Assembly (NCBI RefSeq): GCF_009914755.1
Contig: NC_060948.1
Direction: 5' to 3' (one strand)
DNA length: 64,000 nt
From: the human T2T-CHM13v2.0 reference genome, Homo sapiens
Position 1 is the first letter of the stretch, and every line of letters begins with the position of its first letter. Position numbers and translations under genes: made by a program. The notes under the pieces were generated by a model. It ran no database searches and was not told the DNA's origin. It was given only the letters and a program-made list of their open reading frames with translations. Below, one piece after another: positions 51,899 to 64,000 of this stretch.

Positions 51899-54800
51899 GG
51901 AAAGGACTCGAATTTCATGAAACGGAATGGAATGAATTGGAACGGAATGGACTCGAATGGAATGGAATGTCATGGAATGGCATCAAATGGAATGGCATCA
52001 AATGGAATGGAATCGAATGCAATGGAATGCTATGGAATGGAATGGAATGCATTTTAATGGAATGTCCTCTAATGGAATGGATTCGAGTGGAATGGAATCG
52101 AATATAATGGAGTCGAATGAAATGGAATTGAAAGGAATGGGATTGAATACAATGGAATATACTGGAATGTAATGTAATGAACTCGAATGTAATCGACTGG
52201 AATGGAATGTACATGAATGGAATGTAATCGAATGGAAAGTAATCCAATGGAATAGAATCTAATGCAATAAAATCGACTCAGATAGAGTAGAATGTAATGG
52301 AATGGAGTGCAGTGCAATGGAATGGAATGGAATGGAAAGCAATGGAATGGAATGGAATGGAATGGAATGGAATGGGATGGAATGGTATGGAATGGATAGT
52401 AATGGACTGGAGTGAAATGGACTGGAAAAGAATGGACTCAAATTGAAAGGGCTCTAACGGAATGGAGTCAAATGGAATGGTCTGGAATGGAATGAACACG
52501 AATGTAATGCAATCCAATAGAATGGAATCGAATGGCATGGAATATAAAGAAATGGAATCGAAGAGAATGGAAACAAATGGAATGGAATTGAATGGAATGG
52601 AATTGAATGGAATGGGAACGAATGGAGTGAAATTGTATGCAGTAGAAGAGAATAGAATGGAATGCAAGCGAAATGAAAGGAATGGATTGCAATGGAATGG
52701 AATTCATTGGAATGGAAGGGAATGTAGTGTAATGGACAGGCCTGGAATAAAGTGGAATGCTACGGTCTCGAATGGAATAAAAATGTATGGAATGGAATGC
52801 AATGAAACGGAATCGAATGTCATAGAATGTAATGGAATGCAAAAAAATGGAATCCAAAATCATTGACTGGAAAGGCTGGGTGTCGAAAGGAATTGACTCC
52901 AATGGAATGGAATCGAATGGAATGGAAGTGAATAGAATCGAACTAAATCGAATGGAATGGAATTGATAGGAACGGAATGGAAAGGAATGCAATGATTTGG
53001 CATGGAATGGAATCGAATGGCATCGAATGGAATGGAATGGAATGCAATGGAATGGAATGTATTAGAATGTAATGAACATTAATGGAATGTACTCGAATGG
53101 ATTCGACTGGAATGGAATGTTCTGGAAGTGAATGGACTCCAATGGAATGGATTCGAAAGGAATGGAATCGAACGGAATGGAATCTAATGGAATGGAATTA
53201 AATGGAAATGAATCAAATTGAATAGCACGGAATTGAATTGAATGGAATCGAATGAAATGGAATCTAATGAAACGGAAAGGAAAGGAATGGAATGGAATGG
53301 AATGGGCTGGAATGGAAAGGAATCGAAACGAATGGAATGGAATCGAACTGAAGAGACTGGAATGGAATGCACTGGAATGGAAGGGATTGTAATGGAAGGT
53401 TCTCGAAAATAATGGAAGCAAATGGAATGGAATTGAATGGAACGGAATAGAGTCGAATGGAATTGAATGGAATGGAATGGACTAGAGTGAAATGGAATCG
53501 AACCACAAGGAATGGACAGGAATAGAATGGTCTCGAATTGAATGGAATCGTATGGAATGGCATCAAACGGAATGGAATGGACAGCCACGGAATGGAATGC
53601 ACTCGAATGCAATGGAGTCGAAACTTATGGACTGGAATAGAATGGACTCGACTGGTACGGACTCCAATGGAATGGAATCGAATGGAAGGGATTCGAACGG
53701 AATGGACTCGAAGGGAAAAGACTGCAATGGAAAGGTCTCGAATGGAATGGAAATTAATGGAATGGAATGGAATCGAATGAAATGGAGTCAAAAGGAATGG
53801 AATCGAATGGCAAGAAATCGAATGTAATGGAATCGCAAGGAATTGATGTGAACGGAACGGAATGGAATGGAATCCAAAGGAATGGAATAGAATGGAATGG
53901 AATCGAATGGAAAGGACTCGAATGGAAATCACTCGAATAGAATGAAATTTAATAAAATAGGATCAAATGTAATTGAATGGAATGGAAAGGAATCGAAACG
54001 AAAGGAATGGAGACAGATGGAATGGAATGGAACAGAGAGCAATGGTATAGAATGGAACGGAATCATCTGGAATGGAATTCAATGGAATGGAATAATATGA
54101 AATGGAATGGAATGGAATGGAATGGAATGCCCTTGAATTAAATGGACTGGAATGGAATGGACTCGAACAGAGTGGAATGGAAAGTGTTGAGATAGAATGG
54201 AATGGACTCCTTTGGAATGGTGTAGTATGCAATGCAATCGACTGGCAGGGAATCAAAAGGAATGTAATGGAATGGATTGGACTGGAATGCAATGGACTCG
54301 AATAGATTGGAAACGGAATGCAAAGGAATGGAATGGAATAGTATGGAATGGAATGGAAAGGAATGGAGTGGAATAGACTAGAGTGGAATGGAATGGACTG
54401 GAAAGCAATGGACTAGAATGGAACTTTCTTGAATGGACTGGAATCAAACGGAATGGAATGCAATGCAATCAAATGGCATGGAATAAAATAGAATGAAAGA
54501 GAATCAAATGGAATTGAATCGAATGGAATCGAATGGATTGGAAAGGAATAGAATGGAATGGAATGGAATTGACTCAAATGGAATGGACTAGAATGGAATG
54601 GATTCGAATGGAAGGCAAAGGAATGGAATCTATTGGAATGGACTGTAATGGAATGGAATGGAAGGGATTGGAATGGACTCGAATGGAATGGACTGCAATA
54701 GAAAGGATTCGAATGGAATGAAAAAGAATTGAATGGAATAGAACAGAATGGAATCAAATCGAATGAAATGGAATGGAATAGAAAGGAATGGAATGAAATG

Positions 54801-55452
54801 GAATGGAAAGGATTCGAATGGAATGCAATCGAATGGAATGGAATCGAACGGAATGGAATAAAATGGAAGAAAACTGGCAAGAAATGGAATCGAAATGAAT
54901 GGAGTGTTATGGAACGGACTCAAAAGGAATTGAATGTAATAGAATGGAGTGGAGTGGACTCGAATATAATGGACTGGAATGGAATGAAATCACATGGAAT
55001 GGGAACGAATGGAATGGAATGGAAAGGAATGGAATCGAATGGAAAGGAATCGAATGGAAGGGAATGAAATTGAATCAACAGGAATGGAAGGGAATAGAAT
55101 AGACGGTAATGGAATGGACTCGAATAGAATGGACACGAATGCTCAAATTGAATGGACTCGAATGGAATGGAAACGAAAGGAATGTCATCGAATGGAATTG
55201 AATCGATTGGAATGAAATCGCATAGAATGGAGTGGAATCAAATGGAATTGAATCGAAAGGAAAGGAAGCGAATGGACTGAAATGAAATGGAATGGAATTG
55301 AATGGAAAGTAATGCAATGGAATAGAATGGAACGAAATTTCACGGAATGGAATCAAACTGAATGGAATCAAATCAATGGAATCTAATCAAATGGAATGGA
55401 AAGGAATTGAATGGAGTAGATTGGATTGGATGGGATTGGAATGATATGTACT
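51899..55452 (+). repeat. DYZ1 unit U16 (3554 bp)
   Basis: Landmark spacing. Confidence 0.9.
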
Positions 55453-58400
55453 GGAAAGGACTCGAATTTCATGAAACGGAATGGAATGAATTGGAACGGA
55501 ATGGACTCGAATGGAATGGAATGTCATGGAATGGCATCAAATGGAATGGCATCAAATGGAATGGAATCGAATGCAATGGAATGTAATGGAATGGAATGGA
55601 ATGCATTGGAATGGAATGTCCTCTAATGGAATGGATTCGAGTGGAATGGAATCGAATATAATGGAGTCGAATGAAATGGAATTGAAAGGAATGGGATCGA
55701 ATACAATGCAATATACTGGAATGTAATGTAATGAACTCGAATGTAATTGACTGGAATGGAATGTACATGAATGGAATATAATCGAATGGAAAGTAATCCA
55801 ATGGAATAGAATCTAATGCAATAAAACCGACTCAGATAGAGTAGAATGTAATGGAATGGAGTGCAGTGCAATGGAATGGAATGGAATGGAATGCAATGGA
55901 ATGGAATGGAATGGAATGGAATGGAATGGAATGGAATGGAATGGGATGGAATGGGATGGAATGGATAGTAATGGACTGGAGTGAAATGGACTGGAAAGGA
56001 ATGGACTCAAATTGAAAGGGCTCGAAAGGAATGGAGTCAAATGGAATGGTCTGGAATGGAATGAACACGAATGTAATGCAATCCAATAGAATGGAATCGA
56101 ATGGCATGGAATATAAAGAAATGGAATCGAAGAGAATGGAAACAAATGGAATGGAATTGAATGGAATGGAATTGAATGGAATGGGAACGAATGGAGTGAA
56201 ATTGTATGCAGTAGAAGGGAATAGAATGGAATGCAAGCGAAAGGAAAGGAATGGATTGGAATGGAATGGAATTCATTGGAATGGAAGGGAATGTAGTGTA
56301 ATGGACAGTCCTGGAATAAAGTGGAATGCTACGGTCTCGAATGGAATAAAAATGTATGGAATGGAATGCAATGAAACGGAATCGAATGTCATAGAATGTA
56401 ATGGAATGCAAAAAAATGGAATCCAAAATCATTGACTGGAAAGGCTGGGTGTCGAAAGGAATTGACTCCAATGGAATGGAATCGAATGGAATGGAAGTGA
56501 ATAGAATCGAACTAAATCGAATGGAATGGAATTGATAGGAACGGAATGGAAAGGAATGCAATGATTTGGCATGGAATGGAATCGAATGGCATCGAATGGA
56601 ATGGAATGGAATGCAATGGAATGGAATGTATTAGAATGGAATGAACTTTAATGGAATGTACTCGAATGGATTCGACTGGAATGGAATGTTCTGAAAGTGA
56701 ATGGACTCCAATGGAATGGATTCAAAAGGAATGGAATCGTACGGAATGGAATCTAATGGAATGGAATTAAATGGAAGTGAATCAAATTGAATAGCACGGA
56801 ATTGAATTGAATGGAATGGAATGCAATGGAATCTAATGAAACGGAAAGGAAAGGAATGGAATGGAATGGGCTGGAATGGAAAGGAATCGAAACGAATGGA
56901 ATGGAATCGAACTGAAGAGACTGGAATGGAATGCACTGGAATGGAAGGGAGTGTAATGGAAGGTTCTCGAAAAAAATGGAATCGAATGGAATGGAATTGA
57001 ATGGAACGGAATAGAGTCGAATGGAATTGAATGGAATGGAATGGACTAGAATGAAATGGATTCGAACCACAAGGAATGGAGAGGAATAGAATGGTCTCGA
57101 ATTGAATGGAATCGTATGGAATGGCATCAAACGGAATGGAATGGACAGCCACGGAATGGAATGCACTCGAATGCAAGGAGTCGAAACTAATGGACTGGAA
57201 TAGAATGGACTCGACTGGTACGGACTCCAATGGAATGGAATCGAATGGAAGGGAATTCAACGGAATGGACTCGAAGGGAAAAGACTGCAATGGAAAGGTC
57301 TCGAATGGAATGGAAATTAATGGAATGGAATGGAATCGAATGAAATGGAGTCGAAAGGAATGGAATCGAATGGCAAGAAATCGAATGTAATGGAATCGCA
57401 AGGAATTGATGTGAACGGAACGGAATGGAATGGAATCCAAAGGAATGGAATAGAATGGAATGGAATCGAATGGAAAGGACTCGAATGGAAATCACTCGAA
57501 TAGAATGCAATTTAATAAAATACGATCAAATGTAATGGAATGGAATGGAAAGGAATCGAAACGAAAGGAATGGAGACAGATGGAATGGAATGGAACAGAG
57601 AGCAATGGTATAGAATGGAATGGAATCATCTGGAATGGAATTGAATGGAATGGAATAATATGAAATGGAATGGAATGGAATGGAATGGAATGCCCTTGAA
57701 TTAAATGGACTGGAATGGAATGGACTCGAACAGAGTGGAATGGAAAGTGTTGAGATAGAATGGAATGGACTCCTTTGGAATGGTGTAGTATGCAATGCAA
57801 TCGACTGGCAGGGAATCAAAAGGAATGTAATCGAATGGATTGGACTGGAATGCAATGGACTCGAATAGATTGGAAACGGAATGCAAAGGAATGGAATGGA
57901 ATAGTATGGAATGGAATGGAAAGGAATGGAGTGGAATAGACTAGAGTGGAATGGAATGGACTGGAAAGCAGTGGACTGGAATGGAACTTTCTTGAATGGA
58001 CTGGAATCAAACGGAATGGAATGCAATGCAATCAAATGGCATGGAATAAAATAAAATGAAAGAGAATCAAATGGAATTGAATCGAATGGAATCGAATGGA
58101 TTGGAAAGGAATAGAATGGAATGGAATGGAATGGACTAGAATGGAATGGATTCGAATGGAAGGCAAAGGAATGGAATCTATTGGAATGGACTGTAATGGA
58201 ATGGAATGGAAGGGATTGGAATGGACTCGAATGGAATGGACTGCAATAGAAAGGATTCGAATGGAATGAAAAAGAATTGAATGGAATAGAACAGAATGGA
58301 ATCAAATCGAATGAAATGGAATGGAATAGAAAGGAATGGAATGAAATGGAATGGAAAGGATTCGAATGGAATGCAATCGAATGGAATGGAATCGAACGGA

Positions 58401-59000
58401 ATGGAATAAAATGGAAGAAAACTGGCAAGAAATGGAATCGAAATGAATGGAGTGTTATGGAACGGACTCAAAAGGAATTGACTGTAATAGAATGGAGTGG
58501 AGTGGACTCGAATATAATGGACTGGAATGGAATGAAATCACATGGAATGGGAACGAATGGAATGGAATGGAAAGGAATGGAATCGAATGGAAAGGAATCG
58601 AATGGAAGGGAATGAAATTGAATCAACAGGAATGGAAGGGAATAGAATAGACGGTAATGGAATGGACTCGAATAGAATGGACACGAATGCTCAAATTGAA
58701 TGGACTCGAATGGAATGGAAACGAAAGGAATGTCATCGAATGGAATTGAATCGATTGGAATGAAATCGCATAGAATGGAGTGGAATCAAATGGAATTGAA
58801 TCGAAAGGAAAAGAAGCGAATGGACTGAAATGAAATGGAATGGAATTGAATGGAAAGTAATGCAATGGAATAGAATGGAACGAAATTTCACGGAATGGAA
58901 TCAAACTGAATGGAATCAAATCAATGGAATCAAATCAAATGGAATGGAAAGGAATTGAATGGAGTAGATTGGATTGGATGGGATTGGAATGAAATGTACT
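55453..59000 (+). repeat. DYZ1 unit U17 (3548 bp), HaeIII site lost
   Basis: Landmark spacing. ggacagtcct at 56303-56312. Confidence 0.9.
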
Positions 59001-62000
59001 GGAAAGGACTCGAATTTCATGAAACGGAATGGAATGAATTGGAACGGAATGGACTCGAATGGAATGGAATGTCATGGAATGGCATCAAATGGAATGGCAT
59101 CAAATGGAATGGAATCGAATGCAATGGAATGCTATGGAATGGAATGGAATGCATTGGAATGGAATGTCCTCTAATGGAATGGATTCGAGTGGAATGGAAT
59201 CGAATATAATGGAGTCGAATGAAATGGAATTGAAAGGAATGGGATCGAATACAATGGAATATACTGGAATGTAATGTAATGAACTCGAATGTAATTGACT
59301 GGAATGGAATGTACATGAATGGAATGTAATCGAATGGAAAGTAATCCAATGGAATAGAATCTAAAGCAATAAAATCGACTCAGATAGAGTAGAATGTAAT
59401 GGAATGGAGTGCAGTGCAATGGAATGGAATGGAATGGAATGCAATGGAATGGAATGGAATGGAATGGAATGGAATGGGATGGAATGGTATGGAATGGATA
59501 GTAATGGACTGGAGTGAAATGGACTGGAAAGGAATGGACTCAAATTGAAAGGGCTCGAAAGGAATGGAGTCAAATGGAATGGTCTGGAATGGAATGAACA
59601 CGAAAGTAATGCAATCCAATAGAATGGAATCGAATGGCATGGAATATAAAGAAATGGAATCGAAGAGAATGGAAACAAATGGAATGGAATTGAATGGAAT
59701 GGAATTGAATGGAATGGGAACGAATGGAGTGAAATTGTATGCAGTAGAAGGGAATAGAATGGAATGCAAGCGAAAGGAAAGGAATGGATTGGAATGGAAT
59801 GGAATTCATTGGAATGGAAGGGAATGTAGTGTAATGGACAGGCCTGGAATAAAGTGGAATGCTACGGTCTCGAATGGAATAAAAATGTATGGAATGGAAT
59901 GCAATGAAACGGAATCGAATGTCATAGAATGTAATGGAATGCAAAAAAATGGAATCCAAAATCATTGACTGGAAAGGCTGGGTGTCGAAAGGAATTGACT
60001 CCAATGGAATGGAATCGAATGGAATGGAAGTGATAGAATCGAACTAAATCGAATGGAATGGAATTGATAGGAACGGAATGGAAAGGAATGCAATGATTTG
60101 GCATGGAATGGAATCGAATGGCATCGAATGGAATGGAATGGAATGCAATGGAATGGAATGTATTAGAATGGAATGAACTTTAATGGAATGTACTCGAATG
60201 GATTCGACTGGAATGGAATGTTCTGGAAGTGAATGGACTCCAATGGAATGGATTCAAAAGGAATGGAATCGTACGGAATGGAATCTAATGGAATGGAATT
60301 AAATGGAAATGAATCAAATTGAATAGCACGGAATTGAATTGAATGGAATGGAATGCAATGGAATCTAATGAAACGGAAAGGAAAGGAATGGAATGGAATG
60401 GAATGGGCTGGAATGGAAAGGAATCGAAACGAATGGAATGGAATCGAACTGAAGAGACTGGAATGGAATGCACTGGAATGGAAGGGAGTGTAATGGAAGG
60501 TTCTCGAAAAAAATGGAATCGAATGGAATGGAATTGAATGGAACGGAATAGAGTCGAATGGAATTGAATGGAAAGGAATGGACTAGAGTGAAATGGAATC
60601 GAACCACAAGGAATGGACAGGAATAGAATGGTCTCGAATTGAATGGAATCGTATGGAATGGCATCAAACGGAATGGAATGGACAGCCACGGAATGGAATG
60701 CACTCGAATGCAATGGAGTCGAAACTAATGGACTGGAATAGAATGGACTCGACTGTTACGGACTCCAATGGAATGGAATCGAATGGAAGGGAATCGAACG
60801 GAATGGACTCGAAGGGAAAAGACTGCAATGGAAAGGTCTCGAATGGAATGGAAATTAATGGAATCGAATGGAATCGAATGAAATGGAGTCAAAAGGAATG
60901 GAATCGAATGGCAAGAAATCGAATGTAATGGAATCGCAAGGAATTGATGTGAACGGAACGGAATGGAATGGAATCCAAAGGAATGGAATAGAATGGAATG
61001 GAATCGAATGGAAAGGACTCGAATGGCAATCACTCGAATAGAATGCAATTTAATAAAATAGGATCAAATGTAATGGAATGGAATGGAAAGGAATCGAAAC
61101 GAAAGGAATGGAGACAGATGGAATGGAATGGAACAGAGAGCAATGGTATAGAATGGAATGGAATCATCTGGAATGGAATTGAATGGAATGGAATAATATG
61201 AAATGGAATGGAATGGAATGGAATGGAATGCCCTTGAATTAAATGGACTGGAATGGAATGGACTCGAACAGAGTGGAATGGAAAGTGTTGAGATAGAATG
61301 GAATGGACTCCTTTGGAATGGTCTAGTATGCAATGCAATCGACTGGCAGGGAATCAAAAGGAATGTAATCGAATGGATTGGACTGGAATGCAATGGACTC
61401 GAATAGATTGGAAACGGGATGCAAAGGAATGGAATGGAATAGTATGGAATGGAATGGAAAGGAATGGAGTGGAATAGACTAGAGTGGAATGGAATGGACT
61501 GGAAAGCAATGGACTGGAATGGAACTTTCTTGAATGGACTGGAATCAAACGGAATGGAATGCAATGCAATCAAATGGCATGGAATAAAATAGAATGAAAG
61601 AGAATCAAATGGAATTGAATCGAATGGAATCGAATGGATTGGAAAGGAATAGAATGGAATGGAATGGAATGGACTCAAATGGAATGGACTAGAATGGAAT
61701 GGATTCGAATGGAAGGCAAAGGAATGGAATCTATTGGAATGGACTGTAATGGAATGGAATGGAAGGGATTGGAATGGACTCGAATGGAATGGACTGCAAT
61801 AGAAAGGATTCGAATGGAATGAAAAAGAATTGAATGGAATAGAACAGAATGGAATGAAATCGAATGAAATGGAATGGAATAGAAAGGAATGGAATGAAAT
61901 GGAATGGAAAGGATTCGAATGGAATGCAATCGAATGGAATGGAATCGAACGGAATGGAATAAAATGGAAGAAAACTGGCAAGAAATGGAATCGAAATGAA

Positions 62001-62538
62001 TGGAGTGTTATGGAACGGACTCAAAAGGAATTGAATGTAATAGAATGGAGTGGAGTGGACTCGAATATAATGGACTGGAATGGAATGAAATCACATGGAA
62101 TGGGAACGAATGGAATGGAATGGAAAGGAATGGAATCGAATGGAAAGGAATCGAATGGAAGGGAATGAAATTGAATCAACAGGAATGGAAGGGAATAGAA
62201 TAGACGGTAATGGAATGGACTCGAATAGAATGGACACGAATGCTCAAATTGAATGGACTCGAATGGAATGGAAACGAAAGGAATGTCATCGAATGGAATT
62301 GAATCGATTGGAATGAAATCGCATAGAATGGAGTGGAATCAAATGGAATTGAATCGAAAGGAAAGGAAGCGAATGGACTGAAATGAAATGGAATGGAATT
62401 GAATGGAAAGTAATGCAATGGAATAGAATGGAACGAAATTTCACGGAATGGAATCAAACTGAATGGAATCAAATCAATGGAATCCAATCAAATGGAATGG
62501 AGTAGATTGGATTGGATGGGATTGGAATGAAATGTACT
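59001..62538 (+). repeat. DYZ1 unit U18 (3538 bp)
   Basis: Landmark spacing. Same 15-bp end deletion as U14. Confidence 0.9.
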
Positions 62539-64000
62539 GGAAAGGACTCGAATTTCATGAAACGGAATGCAATGAATTGGAACGGAATGGACTCGAATGG
62601 AATGGAATGTCATAGAATGGCATCAAATGGATTGGCATCAAATGGAATGGAATAGAATGCAATGGAATGCTATGGAATGGAATCGAATGCATTGGAATGG
62701 AATGTCCTCTAATGGAATGGATTCGAGTGGAATGGAATCGAATATAATGGAGTCGAATGAAATGGAATTGAAAGGAATGGGATCGAATACAATGGAATAT
62801 ACTGGAATGTAATGTAATGAACTCGAATGTAATTGACTGGAATGGAATGTACATGAATGGAATGTAATCGAATGGAAAGTAATCCAATGGAATAGAATCT
62901 AATGCAATAAAATCGACTCAGATAGAGTAGAATGTAATGGAATGGAGTGCAGTGCAATGGAATGGAATGGAATGGAATGCAATGGAATGGAATGGAATGG
63001 AATGGAATGGAATGGAATGGAATGGAATGGGATGGAATGGTATGGAATGGATAGTAATGGACTGGAGTGAAATGGACTGGAATGGAATGGACTCAAATTG
63101 AAAGGGCTCGAAAGGAATGGAGTCAAATGGAATGGTCTGGAATGGAATGAACACGAATGTAATGCAATCCAATAGAATGGAATCGAATGGCATGGAATAT
63201 AAAGAAATGGAATCGAAGAGAATGGAAACAAATGGAATGGAATTGAATGGAATGGAATTGAATGGAATGGGAACGAATGGAGTGAAATTGTATGCAGTAG
63301 AAGGGAATAGAATGGAATGCAAGCGAAAGGAAAGGAATGGATTGCAATGGAATGGAATTCATTGGAATGGAAGGGAATGTAGTGTAATGGACAGGCCTGG
63401 AATAAAGTGGAATGCTACGGTCTCGAATGGAATAAAAATGTATGGAATGGAATGCAATGAAACGGAATCGAATGTCATAGAATGTAATGGAATGCAAAAA
63501 AATGGAATCCAAAATCATTGACTGGAAAGGCTGGGTGTCGAAAGGAATTCACTGCAATGGAATGGAATCGAATGGAATGGAAGTGAATAGAATCGAACTA
63601 AATCGAATGGAATGGAATTGATAGGAACGGAATGGAAAGGAATGCAATGATTTGGCATGGAATGGAATCGAATGGCATCGAATGGAATGGAATGGAATGC
63701 AATGGAATGGAATGTATTAGAATGTAATGAACATTAATGGAATGTACTCGAATGGATTCGACTGGAATGGAATGTTCTGGAAGTGAATGGACTCCAATGG
63801 AATGGATTCGAAAGGAATGGAATCGAACGGAATGGATTCTAATGGAATGGAATTAAATGGAAAAGAATCAAATTGAATAGCACGGAATTGAATTGAATGG
63901 AATCGAATGCAATGGAATCTAATGAAACGGAAAGGAAAGAATGGAATGGAATAGAATGGGCTGGAATGGAAAGGAATCGAAACGAATGGAATGGAATCGA
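62539..64000 (+). repeat. DYZ1 unit U19 (partial, cut by window edge), U15-like
   Basis: Landmark at 62539. Shares many U15 variants. Confidence 0.9.

Larger units (their letters stand above)
1..64000 (+). repeat. DYZ1: Human satellite III array, DYZ1 (Yq12) family; GGAAT-rich strand on +
   Basis: The entire window is diverged (GGAAT)n. Unique landmarks (ggaaaggactcgaatttcatgaaac, ggacaggcctggaataaagtgg, ggctgggtgtcg, gaagaaaactggcaag) recur every ~3.55 kb in the same orientation. This matches the ~3.56 kb DYZ1 unit with one HaeIII site (family assignment from recalled knowledge, not a database search). Confidence 0.96.

Noticed and set aside
17-63521. Hundreds of ORFs of 60-313 aa (MEWNG- and IPFHS-rich)
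   Set aside because: (GGAAT)n has no stop codon on either strand and yields MEWNG or IPFHS periodic peptides. The ORFs overlap in all frames, repeat with the unit, and change length with 5-bp indels. No recognisable domain is present.
1-64000. CRISPR-like repeat/spacer or mobile-element interpretation
   Set aside because: There are no unique spacers, terminal repeats, target-site duplications or non-satellite insertions. All sequence is pentamer-derived.
1-64000. DYZ2/HSat1B (AT-rich, Alu-containing) block or array inversion
   Set aside because: I looked for both and saw neither. The window stays GGAAT-oriented DYZ1 from end to end.

Overview
The whole 64 kb window is one uninterrupted, single-orientation tandem array of human satellite III (diverged GGAAT/CATTC pentamers) organised in a ~3.55 kb unit. 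Unit length, the single HaeIII/StuI site (GGACAGGCCT) and the adjacent EcoRI site identify it as DYZ1 (Yq12 heterochromatin). There are 17 full-length units (3529-3588 bp), one internally deleted unit (2079 bp, 24935-27013) and a final partial unit. I see no genes, RNA genes, transposons, DYZ2/Alu blocks or inversions; every ORF in the track is an artefact of translating the pentamer. The main structure beyond the repeat itself is: (1) three perfect, pentamer-phased heat-shock elements (nGAAnnTTCnnGAAn) per unit, disrupted in specific unit lineages; (2) a 1490 bp in-phase deletion bounded by 26 bp of identity; (3) nested single-unit tandem duplications and 3- and 4-unit higher-order relationships shown by shared variants; (4) a short divergent patch resembling a conversion tract. 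All comparisons were made by eye and need confirmation by alignment. I found no evidence for a novel coding system.
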